Shown here piece after piece: positions 28,369 to 37,878 of a stretch of 64,000 nt of DNA (within the stretch, counting starts at the first letter, position 1; each line of letters starts with the position of its first letter). The notes below the pieces were generated by a model, which was not told where the DNA came from, did not search any database, and saw only the letters and a list, made by a program, of their open reading frames with translations. The position numbers and the translations under genes are program-made. Origin of the DNA: an uncultured virus (IMG/VR IMGVR_UViG_3300034105_004634) (Duplodnaviria; Heunggongvirae; Uroviricota; Caudoviricetes); the IMG/VR virus record IMGVR_UViG_3300034105_004634; one strand, 5' to 3'.

Positions 28369-28731
28369 ATGAAGCATTTAAAAGAAGATGATGAATTTGT
28401 AAACGACGATTCATATCTAAACGACACAGATCAACAATCAGACGAAGGATTCGGTTATGATGAAGATGACTCGGATTACAGCGAAGACGATGACTCAGAT
28501 TACAACGAAGACGATGATTCAGATTACGATGAGGATGACGACGAAGCTGAAAATCCAGAGGAGGAGTACGAGGATGAAGATGACATAGAGCATGATGACG
28601 ATAATGATCCGTCTGATGCTGATCTATCAGAACCTAGCGATGTTAATATCGAAAGCGGGGATCAAGAAAAAACCCAGCAATCAGGTAATCGCAGGGTTTT
28701 ATCATATTCTGATTTTTTTGGTAAGAATTAA
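28369..28731 (+). CDS. Highly acidic low-complexity protein with EDDDSDY repeats
   Basis: Three about 24-nt tandem units near 28457-28530; C-terminal RRVLSYSDFF; GATATATA at 28335-28342. Confidence 0.7.
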   Translation: MKHLKEDDEFVNDDSYLNDTDQQSDEGFGYDEDDSDYSEDDDSDYNEDDDSDYDEDDDEAENPEEEYEDEDDIEHDDDNDPSDADLSEPSDVNIESGDQEKTQQSGNRRVLSYSDFFGKN

Positions 28732-28955
28732 TCTTTAGTAGTTTTACCAAGATCTCTTCTAATTAGTGATCTAACATAGTGAGATATAGAAACAGGAGCT
28801 TCACCACCGGCTAAAGCTTTTTTCGCTATCTTTCTTGTTAGGTCACTTAAATCTTCACCAGAAAGTAAAACCTGGATCTTTTCATCCTTTTCTGCGCTTT
28901 CTTCGGACTCGCTTAATTTAGAGCTAACATTTCCGAATTCTTTTAAATTTTCCAT
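28728..28955 (-). CDS. Small protein, possible ribbon-helix-helix
   Basis: KIQVLLSGEDLSDL...SISHYVRSLIRRDL. Confidence 0.6.
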   Translation of the reverse strand: MENLKEFGNVSSKLSESEESAEKDEKIQVLLSGEDLSDLTRKIAKKALAGGEAPVSISHYVRSLIRRDLGKTTKD

Positions 28956-28960
28956 TCTAT

Positions 28961-29326
28961 TTATTTATTTTTGTTTATTATGGTTGCAATTTCACCAAGG
29001 AGTTTCTCATCCTCCTCTGTTTTTCTTCTATAAGCTAATTTACCAAGTTGCCATGAATTATCATCTACATAGTAGATAATACTTTCAATAATATCGAAAT
29101 CCATAGTTTTCTTACCAGTACGTGTACCCGCACCCAAAAAAGGAATTGCTTTGGTATCTGGTTCATCAGCTATTCTAATCCCTATTGATCCCATATTATT
29201 TACAAAAACGTCCAATATGTAACCACCCAATAGAGGCTTGTTTGCAAAATCATATAGGCTAGAAGCATCAAAAGATTTCAAATTTTCCAAAATCATAAAA
29301 TCCCTGAATGTACTTAGATTATTCAT
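28961..29326 (-). CDS. Hypothetical protein, capsid-targeting-like N-terminus
   Basis: MNNLSTFRDFMILE; start taken at the second Met of the track ORF. Confidence 0.65.
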   Translation of the reverse strand: MNNLSTFRDFMILENLKSFDASSLYDFANKPLLGGYILDVFVNNMGSIGIRIADEPDTKAIPFLGAGTRTGKKTMDFDIIESIIYYVDDNSWQLGKLAYRRKTEEDEKLLGEIATIINKNK

Positions 29327-30800
29327 ATTTATTTTCATTTTTAAATTTTATCCCAGCATATGGATTACCTTTAGCGTTTTTCAAGCTAAATTTATCCTCA
29401 GTATTCTTAGTTACAACAAATGCTTTGTTTGGATTTACTGATGATCCAACCATTCTCATAAATTCCCTATTAACAAGAAATGGTGTGCTTTTATCTGTCC
29501 TGTTATCAGGGGATACCATAACATTTGGAACTAAAACCCCATTAAATAATATATCCATCTCTATGATGGGTCTTCTAGTTTTTTCCGTACCAATCTCAGG
29601 TTCGGAATGACCGACTATAGGATTTACAAATCTTTTACCACCCACAGACCAATACAACTTACCGTTTTTTTCCTCAACCTTATCCGCATGTATGGTGCAT
29701 GATTTTGATCCATTACCGGTATCAAATTTTGCTATAATGTCACCAATTTTAGGAATATTTAGTGTTTCAAGATAACCTATTTCCATGTTTGAATATGTCC
29801 AATTGTTCTTATTAACTATATAATCAAGAACATCATCGACTATAGGCTTACCTATTGCTTTTGATATACCCTCAGTACCTGGTGATGAATTAACCTCAAG
29901 TATATAGGGTTTTTTGGTTTTTGAATCTATCATGACATCAACCCCACACCAGTGACAACCAACTGCATTTGCTGCTTTTATCGCTATATCAGATAATTCC
30001 TTTGTTATTTTAAATTTATTAACAGTTCCACCCAGAGAGTAATTTGTTCTGAAATCCTTCTTAACTGCTCCCCTCTTCATGGTTCCAAGTATGAATGAGT
30101 TATTTTTTTCTACTATACGTGGATCAGGATTAAACTTCTTGACAATAACCTGAATTCTTAGGTCGTAGTTTGAATCTATTTTTTCCTGTATTAAGATCTC
30201 GTTTGATTCATCAAGCTTTCTTATCGTCTGATATACGGATTTTAATGATGCATAGGAATCAATTATCGAAACACCTATACCCTGAGTACCAGAAAGAAGT
30301 TTCATTATTACAGGAAATTTACCACCTATAGCTTCTAATGCTTTATCCAGCGAATTCTCATCCGGAACCAATGCAGATTTAGGAACAGGAAGTCCATTAG
30401 CTTCCATTATCTGCGACGTAGTAAATTTATTTTCACAAGCTTCCATTGAAGCTATTGTATTTACAGTGAAGTATCTTGCTTCTTCCAGCGTTAATAATAT
30501 CTGTTTAGTGTATGAATTTTCAAGAACTCCTCTTCTTGGTACTATTGCTGTTGAATTTGGATCTATTAATATTTTTTCCTTACCCGTCTTAAGTAGATGT
30601 CCATTGTAAACTTTTTCAACAGTAACTAAATTTACATCCACTATATAGCATTTAATACCTCTTTTTTTACATTCCTTGGCGAAAGAATCTGAAGTTTTAC
30701 TTCCCGTTACGTTTCCTGTAAGAACCACAACCTTTATATTTTCAGTTTTAGCCTCATTAAGAAAGGAATAAAAATCCAGCACATTGTTTGATAGCATCAT
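29319..30800 (-). CDS. RimK-family ATP-grasp ligase fused to a C-terminal RimB/retropepsin-like protease domain
   Basis: ENKFTT, GTQGIGV, IQEKI, DFRTNYSLGG, GVDVM, LEVNSSPG; then AKFDTGNG and PFLVNREFM. Confidence 0.85.
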   Translation of the reverse strand: MMLSNNVLDFYSFLNEAKTENIKVVVLTGNVTGSKTSDSFAKECKKRGIKCYIVDVNLVTVEKVYNGHLLKTGKEKILIDPNSTAIVPRRGVLENSYTKQILLTLEEARYFTVNTIASMEACENKFTTSQIMEANGLPVPKSALVPDENSLDKALEAIGGKFPVIMKLLSGTQGIGVSIIDSYASLKSVYQTIRKLDESNEILIQEKIDSNYDLRIQVIVKKFNPDPRIVEKNNSFILGTMKRGAVKKDFRTNYSLGGTVNKFKITKELSDIAIKAANAVGCHWCGVDVMIDSKTKKPYILEVNSSPGTEGISKAIGKPIVDDVLDYIVNKNNWTYSNMEIGYLETLNIPKIGDIIAKFDTGNGSKSCTIHADKVEEKNGKLYWSVGGKRFVNPIVGHSEPEIGTEKTRRPIIEMDILFNGVLVPNVMVSPDNRTDKSTPFLVNREFMRMVGSSVNPNKAFVVTKNTEDKFSLKNAKGNPYAGIKFKNENKYE

Positions 30801-30842
30801 TCTTGATTATTTTATTATGTATATATCAAAAAGATAATATAA

Positions 30843-31112
30843 TTATATAAGATCAGATGCACTGCACTCCATATATTTTTTAAGTAATACCATATTCATG
30901 ATGGACCATAAATCATCGTATATTACCATATGATCCTCAAGAATGAAAAAATCCATAAGCTCCCTTAGCCTATCTATTTTTTCATTCTCCGACATGGTTT
31001 GATCCCTAAGATATTCTAACCGATTATTAATTATATAATCTGCTTCCTCTAAAAGCAGTATAACATAATCAGCAAAATCATCCTCGTCAAGATTATCAAA
31101 AAATGCATTCAT
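30843..31112 (-). CDS. Hypothetical protein
   Basis: 89-aa ORF abutting the polymerase C-half. Confidence 0.65.
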   Translation of the reverse strand: MNAFFDNLDEDDFADYVILLLEEADYIINNRLEYLRDQTMSENEKIDRLRELMDFFILEDHMVIYDDLWSIMNMVLLKKYMECSASDLI

Positions 31113-31113
31113 A

Positions 31114-32259
31114 TTAAAATAGTGCGTTAACCATAAATAAGTTCGGACTTATCTGATTGTACCCCATTACCTCAATAAATCTATTTATTGGATCAAGGAT
31201 AGTTTTTGTAAATTGCTCGTCATAGTCCAAGGGAGGTGCAAATTCATAGGGAAATGTTCCCTGCGGGTACCCAAAAATATTACTATCGTTGAGATTTTTG
31301 ATTTTAACAAAATAAAGATTTATCTTATCTCCCGCACGTATGAGAGAATACTTGGTTTTATATTGCGAATTATTTAGTAAATAATTATGATATCCCGATG
31401 CCCTAACGTGTATTGGACACCCTTTAGCAACTTCCAGTGCTGTTGTGTCATTCAATATCTTATCATAGCTATTCACATTTATGGACGCAGATATGTTCTG
31501 AGGCTCCTGTAGTTTAAATTCTTTCTTAATTGATTTAAGCTCCTTAACGAACTCCCTGATATCAAAAGCCCTACCTTTAGTAAAAATATGCTTTGTTAGA
31601 TAAACTAATTTTTCTCTAACGAAAGGCGGAGTACCACCTTTGATCATTTCAACACCAGTAAATTTAAGTTGGGAAAGAGGTTCCATATGTAGACCTGAAT
31701 CATAAACAAGATTCGCAACATACTTTTTCTTACCAAGAAATATCGCATTTATTGCGAGTGTTTCAAGTTCAAAATCCTGATAATTTTCGGTGCCCCATTT
31801 TTTGGAATAGATATCGAAGCATTTTCTAAGATAATCATTAAGCCGATATTCATTAAGCTTGATTATGAGATCTTTAGCATCTCCCTGATAGTCGCACGAA
31901 TCCACAACCTCCTGGAAAGTAACATAGTTACTGTCAGTGTCAATATATGCTACAAGAGGATTGGTTACACGCTTAACCTGGGTCAGCCCAAGTTTTTCAT
32001 GTAGCTCTGTGTCGAGATGCCAATGCTCATGGAAATATTTATTAATTATCTTCTCAGCATATTTGATGAGATCCTGTCCCTGTAGAGTTACAGCTTCTGC
32101 AACATCAGGATTGAAACAAACAAAATAGCTATTGCCAATAGCACCATAGATGGAGTTCATAGTTAATTTTACCGCTTGCTCCTCATTTTTATATTCATTC
32201 TTTAGTGCAGTAAGTTTCCCTATTTTATCTTCAATTTCTAAAATTTCTTCCCTGGTCAT
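31114..32259 (-). CDS. Family B DNA polymerase, C-terminal subunit (motifs B and C, thumb)
   Basis: KLTMNSIYGAIG (motif B), YIDTDS (motif C), KKKY, PIHVRAS. Confidence 0.92.
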   Translation of the reverse strand: MTREEILEIEDKIGKLTALKNEYKNEEQAVKLTMNSIYGAIGNSYFVCFNPDVAEAVTLQGQDLIKYAEKIINKYFHEHWHLDTELHEKLGLTQVKRVTNPLVAYIDTDSNYVTFQEVVDSCDYQGDAKDLIIKLNEYRLNDYLRKCFDIYSKKWGTENYQDFELETLAINAIFLGKKKYVANLVYDSGLHMEPLSQLKFTGVEMIKGGTPPFVREKLVYLTKHIFTKGRAFDIREFVKELKSIKKEFKLQEPQNISASINVNSYDKILNDTTALEVAKGCPIHVRASGYHNYLLNNSQYKTKYSLIRAGDKINLYFVKIKNLNDSNIFGYPQGTFPYEFAPPLDYDEQFTKTILDPINRFIEVMGYNQISPNLFMVNALF

Positions 32260-32362
32260 TATAATATTTTATTATTATACACACAAAAAAAGAAATATTT
32301 CATATAATTATAATATAATTACATATCCGAGAGATATATAAGGAGCATTAAAAAAAGATAAC

Positions 32363-33937
32363 ATGGATATAAATGATTTCATTAGTTCATCAGGAAGAAC
32401 TTCATCAACAAAAACAACAGAAAAATACGTAGGTAGGCATTTTCCAGACGAATATATTCTAGTAAAAAACAATAGTAAATTGATAGGACTCTCGGATTGC
32501 ACATTTTCCGAGGAATTGTATCATTATTTTAATAATATACGAAAACCAGTAGTTTGTAAAAAATGTCTTCTAATAAGACCTAAATTCCAAGGACTACTCA
32601 GGGGATACCTTGAATATTGCAGTTCAAAATGCTCCAATGATTCAGACGATGTGAAAAGAACCAAGGAGATATCATCAATTAAAAAATATGGCGTATCCAA
32701 TCCAGCAAAAGATCCAGCAGTAATGGAAAAAATAAGGATCACATTTAATAAAAACTATGGAGGTAATCCATTTACATTAGATTCGTTTAAAGAAAGAATT
32801 AAGGAAACTAATATGGAAAAATACGGAACACCATATCCTTTATCGTCAGGCAGCATAGTAAGAACAAATATAGACGATAAGCTTAGTATAGCATTAGGTA
32901 AAAAATACGATAATTTGGAGGTTATTAGTATAGACAGGGAAAAAAACGGAAGTGCTATATTAAAATGCAAGGTGTGCAATAATGATTTTGAAATATCGAA
33001 ATGGAATTTACATCAAAGAACCAAAAATATCGGGGACATATCACCATGCACACGTTGTAATCCGATAGGCACCACACAAAAATCGTTCTTGGAGCATTTT
33101 ATAAGATCTATACTCGAAGAATTTAATGTAACTTTTGAGCAGAATAATAGAAAAATATTAAATGGGAAGGAATTAGATTTTTATCTAAATGATTATAACA
33201 TAGGAATAGAAGCCAATGGGATATATTGGCATTCCGATAAATTCAAATCCCCATTATACCACATAAAAAAGACAGACGCTGCTACCGAATCTGGAATTTT
33301 ATTATTACATATATTCGAGGATGAGATAAAGAAAAAACCAGAATTAGTAAGATCAAGAATCCTCTCAATACTCAATATATATGAATCAAGAATATTTGCA
33401 AGAAAGTGTGATATAGTTAAATTAAATAGCAAGGAAGCTAACAATTTTATATCGATGAATCATTTACAAGGTGAATCTGGTGCTAGTAAAAGATATGGTT
33501 TAATGCACAACGGAGAAATAGTTTCAGTTATGACATTTGGGCATTTACGTAAAAATATGGGGAAAAACAAAGAAGCAGATTCTTGGGAATTGATCAGATT
33601 CTGTAACAAAAAAGGAGTATCTGTAATAGGCGGGGCTTCAAAATTACTCAAATTCTTTATAAGAAATAACGATCCAAAGAAAATTATATCGTACTGTGAC
33701 AGAAGATGGTCAAACGGAGATTTTTACGAAAATATAGGATTTAAAAATACGGGATCAACTAAGCCTAATTACTGGTATGTTAAAAATGGTGAGAGGGAAT
33801 ATAGATTCAAATACAGAAAAGATCAATTAATAAAATCTGGATTCGATAAAGAAAAAAGCGAATCAACCATCATGAATGAAAGAGGATTCGCTAGAATATA
33901 TGACTGCGGAAGTTATAGATTTATTATAAATATATAA
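32363..33937 (+). CDS. Free-standing homing-endonuclease-like protein (KYG repeats, PD-(D/E)xK/Vsr-like domain, Hef-like C-terminal domain)
   Basis: KKYGVSNP-type repeats, ELDFYLNDYNIGIEANGIYWHS, ARKC..NHLQG..ELIRFC..GGASKLL..SYCDRRWS. Antisense insertion with GATATATA at 32333-32340. Confidence 0.75.
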   Translation: MDINDFISSSGRTSSTKTTEKYVGRHFPDEYILVKNNSKLIGLSDCTFSEELYHYFNNIRKPVVCKKCLLIRPKFQGLLRGYLEYCSSKCSNDSDDVKRTKEISSIKKYGVSNPAKDPAVMEKIRITFNKNYGGNPFTLDSFKERIKETNMEKYGTPYPLSSGSIVRTNIDDKLSIALGKKYDNLEVISIDREKNGSAILKCKVCNNDFEISKWNLHQRTKNIGDISPCTRCNPIGTTQKSFLEHFIRSILEEFNVTFEQNNRKILNGKELDFYLNDYNIGIEANGIYWHSDKFKSPLYHIKKTDAATESGILLLHIFEDEIKKKPELVRSRILSILNIYESRIFARKCDIVKLNSKEANNFISMNHLQGESGASKRYGLMHNGEIVSVMTFGHLRKNMGKNKEADSWELIRFCNKKGVSVIGGASKLLKFFIRNNDPKKIISYCDRRWSNGDFYENIGFKNTGSTKPNYWYVKNGEREYRFKYRKDQLIKSGFDKEKSESTIMNERGFARIYDCGSYRFIINI

Positions 33938-33939
33938 CT

Positions 33940-34707
33940 TTATTTCTCAACTAGTCCTATCGCTATTGAGGTTGCTGATTGCTCAGAAAATAAAACAAGT
34001 CTATTATCATGTACATAAACGTCGCAAGATTCAGATTCCATGTATCCAAGTTGGCTTTTATAGATATTGGCGGTTTCTTTTTTGCTATCATCTAAAATAA
34101 TTTCGCTAGATCCTATATTCAATTTATAGTTAAACGAATTACCTATAGCATGTGCATTTTTCTCCTCGATTTCAAAGCAAAGTATTTCTTGGTTGTCACT
34201 TTCCATACCACAAAGGGAAGCTATTGTAGTAAAATCTGATTGGTACATTTTGAAGCTAACCAGACAGTCCTCCTTAGAATGCACCATTGATAATATATTA
34301 TCTTCCACATAAGAAAGCATAGTAAGATCCGAGCATCTCAATCTAATAGTCAATGATGGTGAAACCAATCTTAATTCAGTAGAAACACTAGATTCGTCAA
34401 CCGTTGCAACGTCAAGTTCTAAATTAACCTCCTCCTCAGGTCTAAAATGTTTGAACGCCTCCATTAATCGGGTAACGTCATTAAGTCCAATTTTAACACG
34501 ATCGCGTTTTATTGAATTCCAATCAAAATCAGTTTCAAAAACTTTATCAAGATCAACACTTGAATATTTCATGGTGGCCTTGTCAGGTGTATGCACCTTA
34601 CAGAAAATTCTATCAGTAGTTATTTCGAGAATCACACTCTTTTCTACTGCTTTTAGTCTTTTTAAAAAGACAATTAAATTTGGTATGCTTGTTATTCTTA
34701 ACCTCAT
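33940..34707 (-). CDS. Probable sliding clamp (gp45/PCNA-like)
   Basis: 255 aa, alternating alpha/beta pattern in two similar halves, located between topoisomerase and polymerase. No unambiguous motif. Confidence 0.55.
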   Translation of the reverse strand: MRLRITSIPNLIVFLKRLKAVEKSVILEITTDRIFCKVHTPDKATMKYSSVDLDKVFETDFDWNSIKRDRVKIGLNDVTRLMEAFKHFRPEEEVNLELDVATVDESSVSTELRLVSPSLTIRLRCSDLTMLSYVEDNILSMVHSKEDCLVSFKMYQSDFTTIASLCGMESDNQEILCFEIEEKNAHAIGNSFNYKLNIGSSEIILDDSKKETANIYKSQLGYMESESCDVYVHDNRLVLFSEQSATSIAIGLVEK

Positions 34708-34728
34708 TTTTATAAAAATATTTAATTA

Positions 34729-36039
34729 TTAAAATTCTTCCTTTTCTTTCTCTTGTACTTCCTCAAATTCCTCCTCATTAACCTGGAATACCTCTATTCC
34801 GTCATTATGCTGTGTTTGGAATAAGCTATTTTGTATTTTCTTAGATGCTCCGTCACCAAGTTTTTCAACCTCCAATGAAGCATCCTTATAAACTTTTTCC
34901 TGTGCCGATATTGCTTTCTTAATTTTTTCTATCCCCTTCTTAACGGAGTCAATAGCATCCTTAGTTTCTTTGATATATTCTGGAGAAAGCTTGACTATTT
35001 CTATTCTCTGCAATCTTGAAGCTATTGTGGAGGAAAAATCTGATAGAAATTTAAGGATCTCATCATTTTTTCTTTTCTTCTCAATCATGAAGTTAAGAAA
35101 TAAAAGTTTAGCTTCCATGAAACTTAGGTCCTTAAGATTGTTCTCATTATCTCTCAATAGTCTTCTAAGCTTAACGAGCTCAAGATGCTGCTTAAAATGA
35201 TCAAGATATTCCTTTACCGATCCAAACTCCATCACGTTCCCATCTCTAACAAAAATAACGTCCTCCTTAACTATAATTTTAGTTAACTTGGAGATATGAT
35301 CCGCTATGAATGCAAATGATTCTGGAGTTACATTTCCCTTTATTTGTATAGCTAGCTCGCATTTACTCTGAGATTTATTTTCTATTCTATAGTCATAGCC
35401 AGATCTTTCCAGCTTAGTTTCAAGCTTATTGATAAAACTATCATATCTCATCACTGGAGGTAGATCAAATATTCTTATTATCTTTCTGTGTGAATCGACC
35501 TCTAAACCGCTTTCTAGCAGCCACGAATTGTCCTCATTCATATATTTGCTTATCTTTCCACTAAAGTCCTTAAAATATGGCTTTAAAAGCTTCGTAGAGC
35601 CTTGCAAGTACTCAATGATGTCCTCAAATTTTCTAGGAAGTATATTACTTCTGTATCCAACAGCTATACCAACTATATGTGTGAGTAATCCAACTGGAAC
35701 CTCCACGTGAATCCAATCGTGTCCACCTTCCTCATTCTTCTCATTAAGATCAGAATTTTTAATTATTATATCCCTAATCTTAGGATTTACCTTAACCGCA
35801 GTATATCTAGGTGATGCTGGACTTGGATTTACAGGTGAACCAAAAAATCCATCGCCTTCCAATATTCCATAGGAACATCCAAATGGTCTTGCTAATCTTG
35901 AAATAGCTCCAGCAAGGGAAGAATTATGAACTACTATACCACATTCACCGATGGAAAAATTATTATACTTTTCAACGGTTATATCATAGAAAGGAATGGG
36001 AGATTCCATTTTAATCTTATTAATACTTTTTATTTTCAT
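34729..36039 (-). CDS. Type IIA topoisomerase A-type (gp52/GyrA-like) subunit, C-half: IntC (39 aa) + C-extein
   Basis: MKIKSINKI...FYDITVEKYNNF...VVHN|SSLAGAI; GDGFFGS; catalytic ASPRYT; GIAVGY. Confidence 0.93.
   Translation of the reverse strand: MKIKSINKIKMESPIPFYDITVEKYNNFSIGECGIVVHNSSLAGAISRLARPFGCSYGILEGDGFFGSPVNPSPASPRYTAVKVNPKIRDIIIKNSDLNEKNEEGGHDWIHVEVPVGLLTHIVGIAVGYRSNILPRKFEDIIEYLQGSTKLLKPYFKDFSGKISKYMNEDNSWLLESGLEVDSHRKIIRIFDLPPVMRYDSFINKLETKLERSGYDYRIENKSQSKCELAIQIKGNVTPESFAFIADHISKLTKIIVKEDVIFVRDGNVMEFGSVKEYLDHFKQHLELVKLRRLLRDNENNLKDLSFMEAKLLFLNFMIEKKRKNDEILKFLSDFSSTIASRLQRIEIVKLSPEYIKETKDAIDSVKKGIEKIKKAISAQEKVYKDASLEVEKLGDGASKKIQNSLFQTQHNDGIEVFQVNEEEFEEVQEKEKEEF
35923..36039 (-). 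mobile_element. Split intein IntC (topoisomerase A-type)
   Basis: Blocks F/G ending HN; +1 Ser. Confidence 0.92.
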
Positions 36040-36938
36040 TTTTTATATTTTAAAACCTCATCAAATCCAATATTTATATTTTCGATTAAATCTGTATTAT
36101 TTTTATGGAATTCCTCATAATTTTTATAGAGAGTTTGCTTATCGATATCGCATTTGATACCCTTCGCCATGTTTATTTTTCCGTCAATCATTCTTAGATT
36201 AACAAAACTTCCTATTATATTGGGTGGAATTTTTTCCAGAAATCCAGCTTTTTTGGAATATATATGATCCAGATGATCCCTATCAAATGACCAATTTTTA
36301 TAAAAGTCCGGTCCCCAATATTTCCAGGCAAACTTATTTATATTATGGTTTGTGAAATAATTAACATGATAACAATATATAGCAAACTCATCAGTATCTA
36401 AATCAGATAACCAATTCCCATTATCAATATTTGTTTTTCTTACTTTATTTTTTATTTCACAACTCATAGTGGGATTAGTAAATCCGTATTTTTCAATCCA
36501 CGTTTTTTTAAGTTTCTCTTTTACATCGCTTCTCTGAAAAACATTCCTTACCCCATAATTTTCAAATAATTTTTTTTCCATATCTTTTCTAGATTTTGAA
36601 TTGTTTGATAGATTGTGGCTAGCACCCGTGCTGTTTAATGTTGTCTCCCTCTTAATAACAGCAGAGCATTCATCAGAACAACACTTACGAAATCCTATAA
36701 ACTCGTTCCCGCAATTTAAGCATTTATTATTAAACCTATCCTTCGGTTCCTTTATATTATTATAAAAATCCGGATATTTAATTGTATTATCCTTCCACAC
36801 TTTAAAGTTTTTATTACCATATTTTATTTCCAAAAATCTATCCCTAGATTTACATTTGGTTGAACAATATACAATAAAATCGGAATGAGCCTCGTACTTA
36901 ATTCCACATTTTTTACATTCTTTTATCATCATGATCAT
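36036..36938 (-). CDS. Free-standing HNH-type homing endonuclease between the split-intein halves
   Basis: CxxC...C..C fingers, YG repeats, HLDHIYS...NLRMI...N..K. Start moved to 36938, downstream of GATATATA at 36947-36954. Confidence 0.8.
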   Translation of the reverse strand: MIMMIKECKKCGIKYEAHSDFIVYCSTKCKSRDRFLEIKYGNKNFKVWKDNTIKYPDFYNNIKEPKDRFNNKCLNCGNEFIGFRKCCSDECSAVIKRETTLNSTGASHNLSNNSKSRKDMEKKLFENYGVRNVFQRSDVKEKLKKTWIEKYGFTNPTMSCEIKNKVRKTNIDNGNWLSDLDTDEFAIYCYHVNYFTNHNINKFAWKYWGPDFYKNWSFDRDHLDHIYSKKAGFLEKIPPNIIGSFVNLRMIDGKINMAKGIKCDIDKQTLYKNYEEFHKNNTDLIENINIGFDEVLKYKK

Positions 36939-36971
36939 TTTTATTCTATATATCATGATGATAAAAATATT

Positions 36972-37481
36972 TTATACAGATATTATATCATCTTCCTCCG
37001 AAAGGTCCTCAGCTTTTACCCATCCTTTATCTCTAACCAAAAATGGGTGATTGTATGTACATTTAAAGGTTTCTCCATTTTCCATTTCAATTTCAATAAG
37101 CTCGTCAGTTATTTGGCCTATTCTTGGGGAATGTCCAAGAGATATTGTTGGATTACCAGCATCATCGGCACATCTAACTAAAAGCCTAGCATCTGGATAT
37201 TTTTGTTCCCATTCAGAAATTTTTATTGTTGTACCATCGGCAAGATTTATTTCAGTATCACCATCAATACAATCCCCGTGGTGGTACAGACCAGTTTTTA
37301 TAACCTCACCAACGAGTCCAACAGTTTTACTGAATTTACTTGGTGAGTTTTCCAATATGAGTCTTTGAACCGGCGTTAATGAATCATAAAAATTTGGTAT
37401 ACCTCTACTTTGTAAAACATAAAGAGCATAGGATCTATATTGAGTGTTTATCTGATCAGTAATGGTTAAATGTTTATTCAT
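36972..37481 (-). CDS. Type IIA topoisomerase A-type subunit, N-half: N-extein (70 aa) + IntN (99 aa)
   Basis: RGIPNFYDSLTPVQR, YHHGD|CIDGDT, FKCTYNHPFL..GWVKAEDL, then stop. Confidence 0.93.
   Translation of the reverse strand: MNKHLTITDQINTQYRSYALYVLQSRGIPNFYDSLTPVQRLILENSPSKFSKTVGLVGEVIKTGLYHHGDCIDGDTEINLADGTTIKISEWEQKYPDARLLVRCADDAGNPTISLGHSPRIGQITDELIEIEMENGETFKCTYNHPFLVRDKGWVKAEDLSEEDDIISV
36975..37271 (-). mobile_element. Split intein IntN (topoisomerase A-type)
   Basis: Cys1 codon at 37271-37269; block B TYNH. Confidence 0.92.
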
Positions 37482-37536
37482 ATGAAGATTTTATTATTTT
37501 ATGTTCATTTTTGATATTGTTTCCTAAGTTTTAAAG

Positions 37537-37878
37537 TTATTTGGGATCTTCAGTGTTATTAATAACAACAGTGTTTCTGCTATGTAGAAATACAAGAACA
37601 GATTCCATAATAACTCCACTCGAGCTTTGTACAAAAGGAAACATAAAATAGTTTAGCCAAATAGGAAGTCCAAAGAACTGATCCAAATTTCCAGAGTAAT
37701 TTATTGCTCCAAAAAGTAGGGCACCGATCCAAAAACCGAGGCATCTGACACACGTCATAAGTTTGGAAATTTTAGGTAATCTAACCAATAAATAATTTCT
37801 TATTGGATCTAATATGTCAGCATTTACTATGGTTGACGTTATGCACCACCCAAAAAATAATATCGAAAGTATGTTCAT
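37537..37878 (-). CDS. Membrane protein (DUF1360-like)
   Basis: ILDPIRNY...KLMTCVRCLGFW with TM helices. Confidence 0.6.
   Translation of the reverse strand: MNILSILFFGWCITSTIVNADILDPIRNYLLVRLPKISKLMTCVRCLGFWIGALLFGAINYSGNLDQFFGLPIWLNYFMFPFVQSSSGVIMESVLVFLHSRNTVVINNTEDPK

Noticed and set aside
18390..28545. CRISPR array or non-coding repeats at about 18390-18460 and 28457-28545
   Set aside because: Short in-frame tandem repeats encoding acidic peptides with no unique spacers. No CRISPR array or cas gene was seen in the window.
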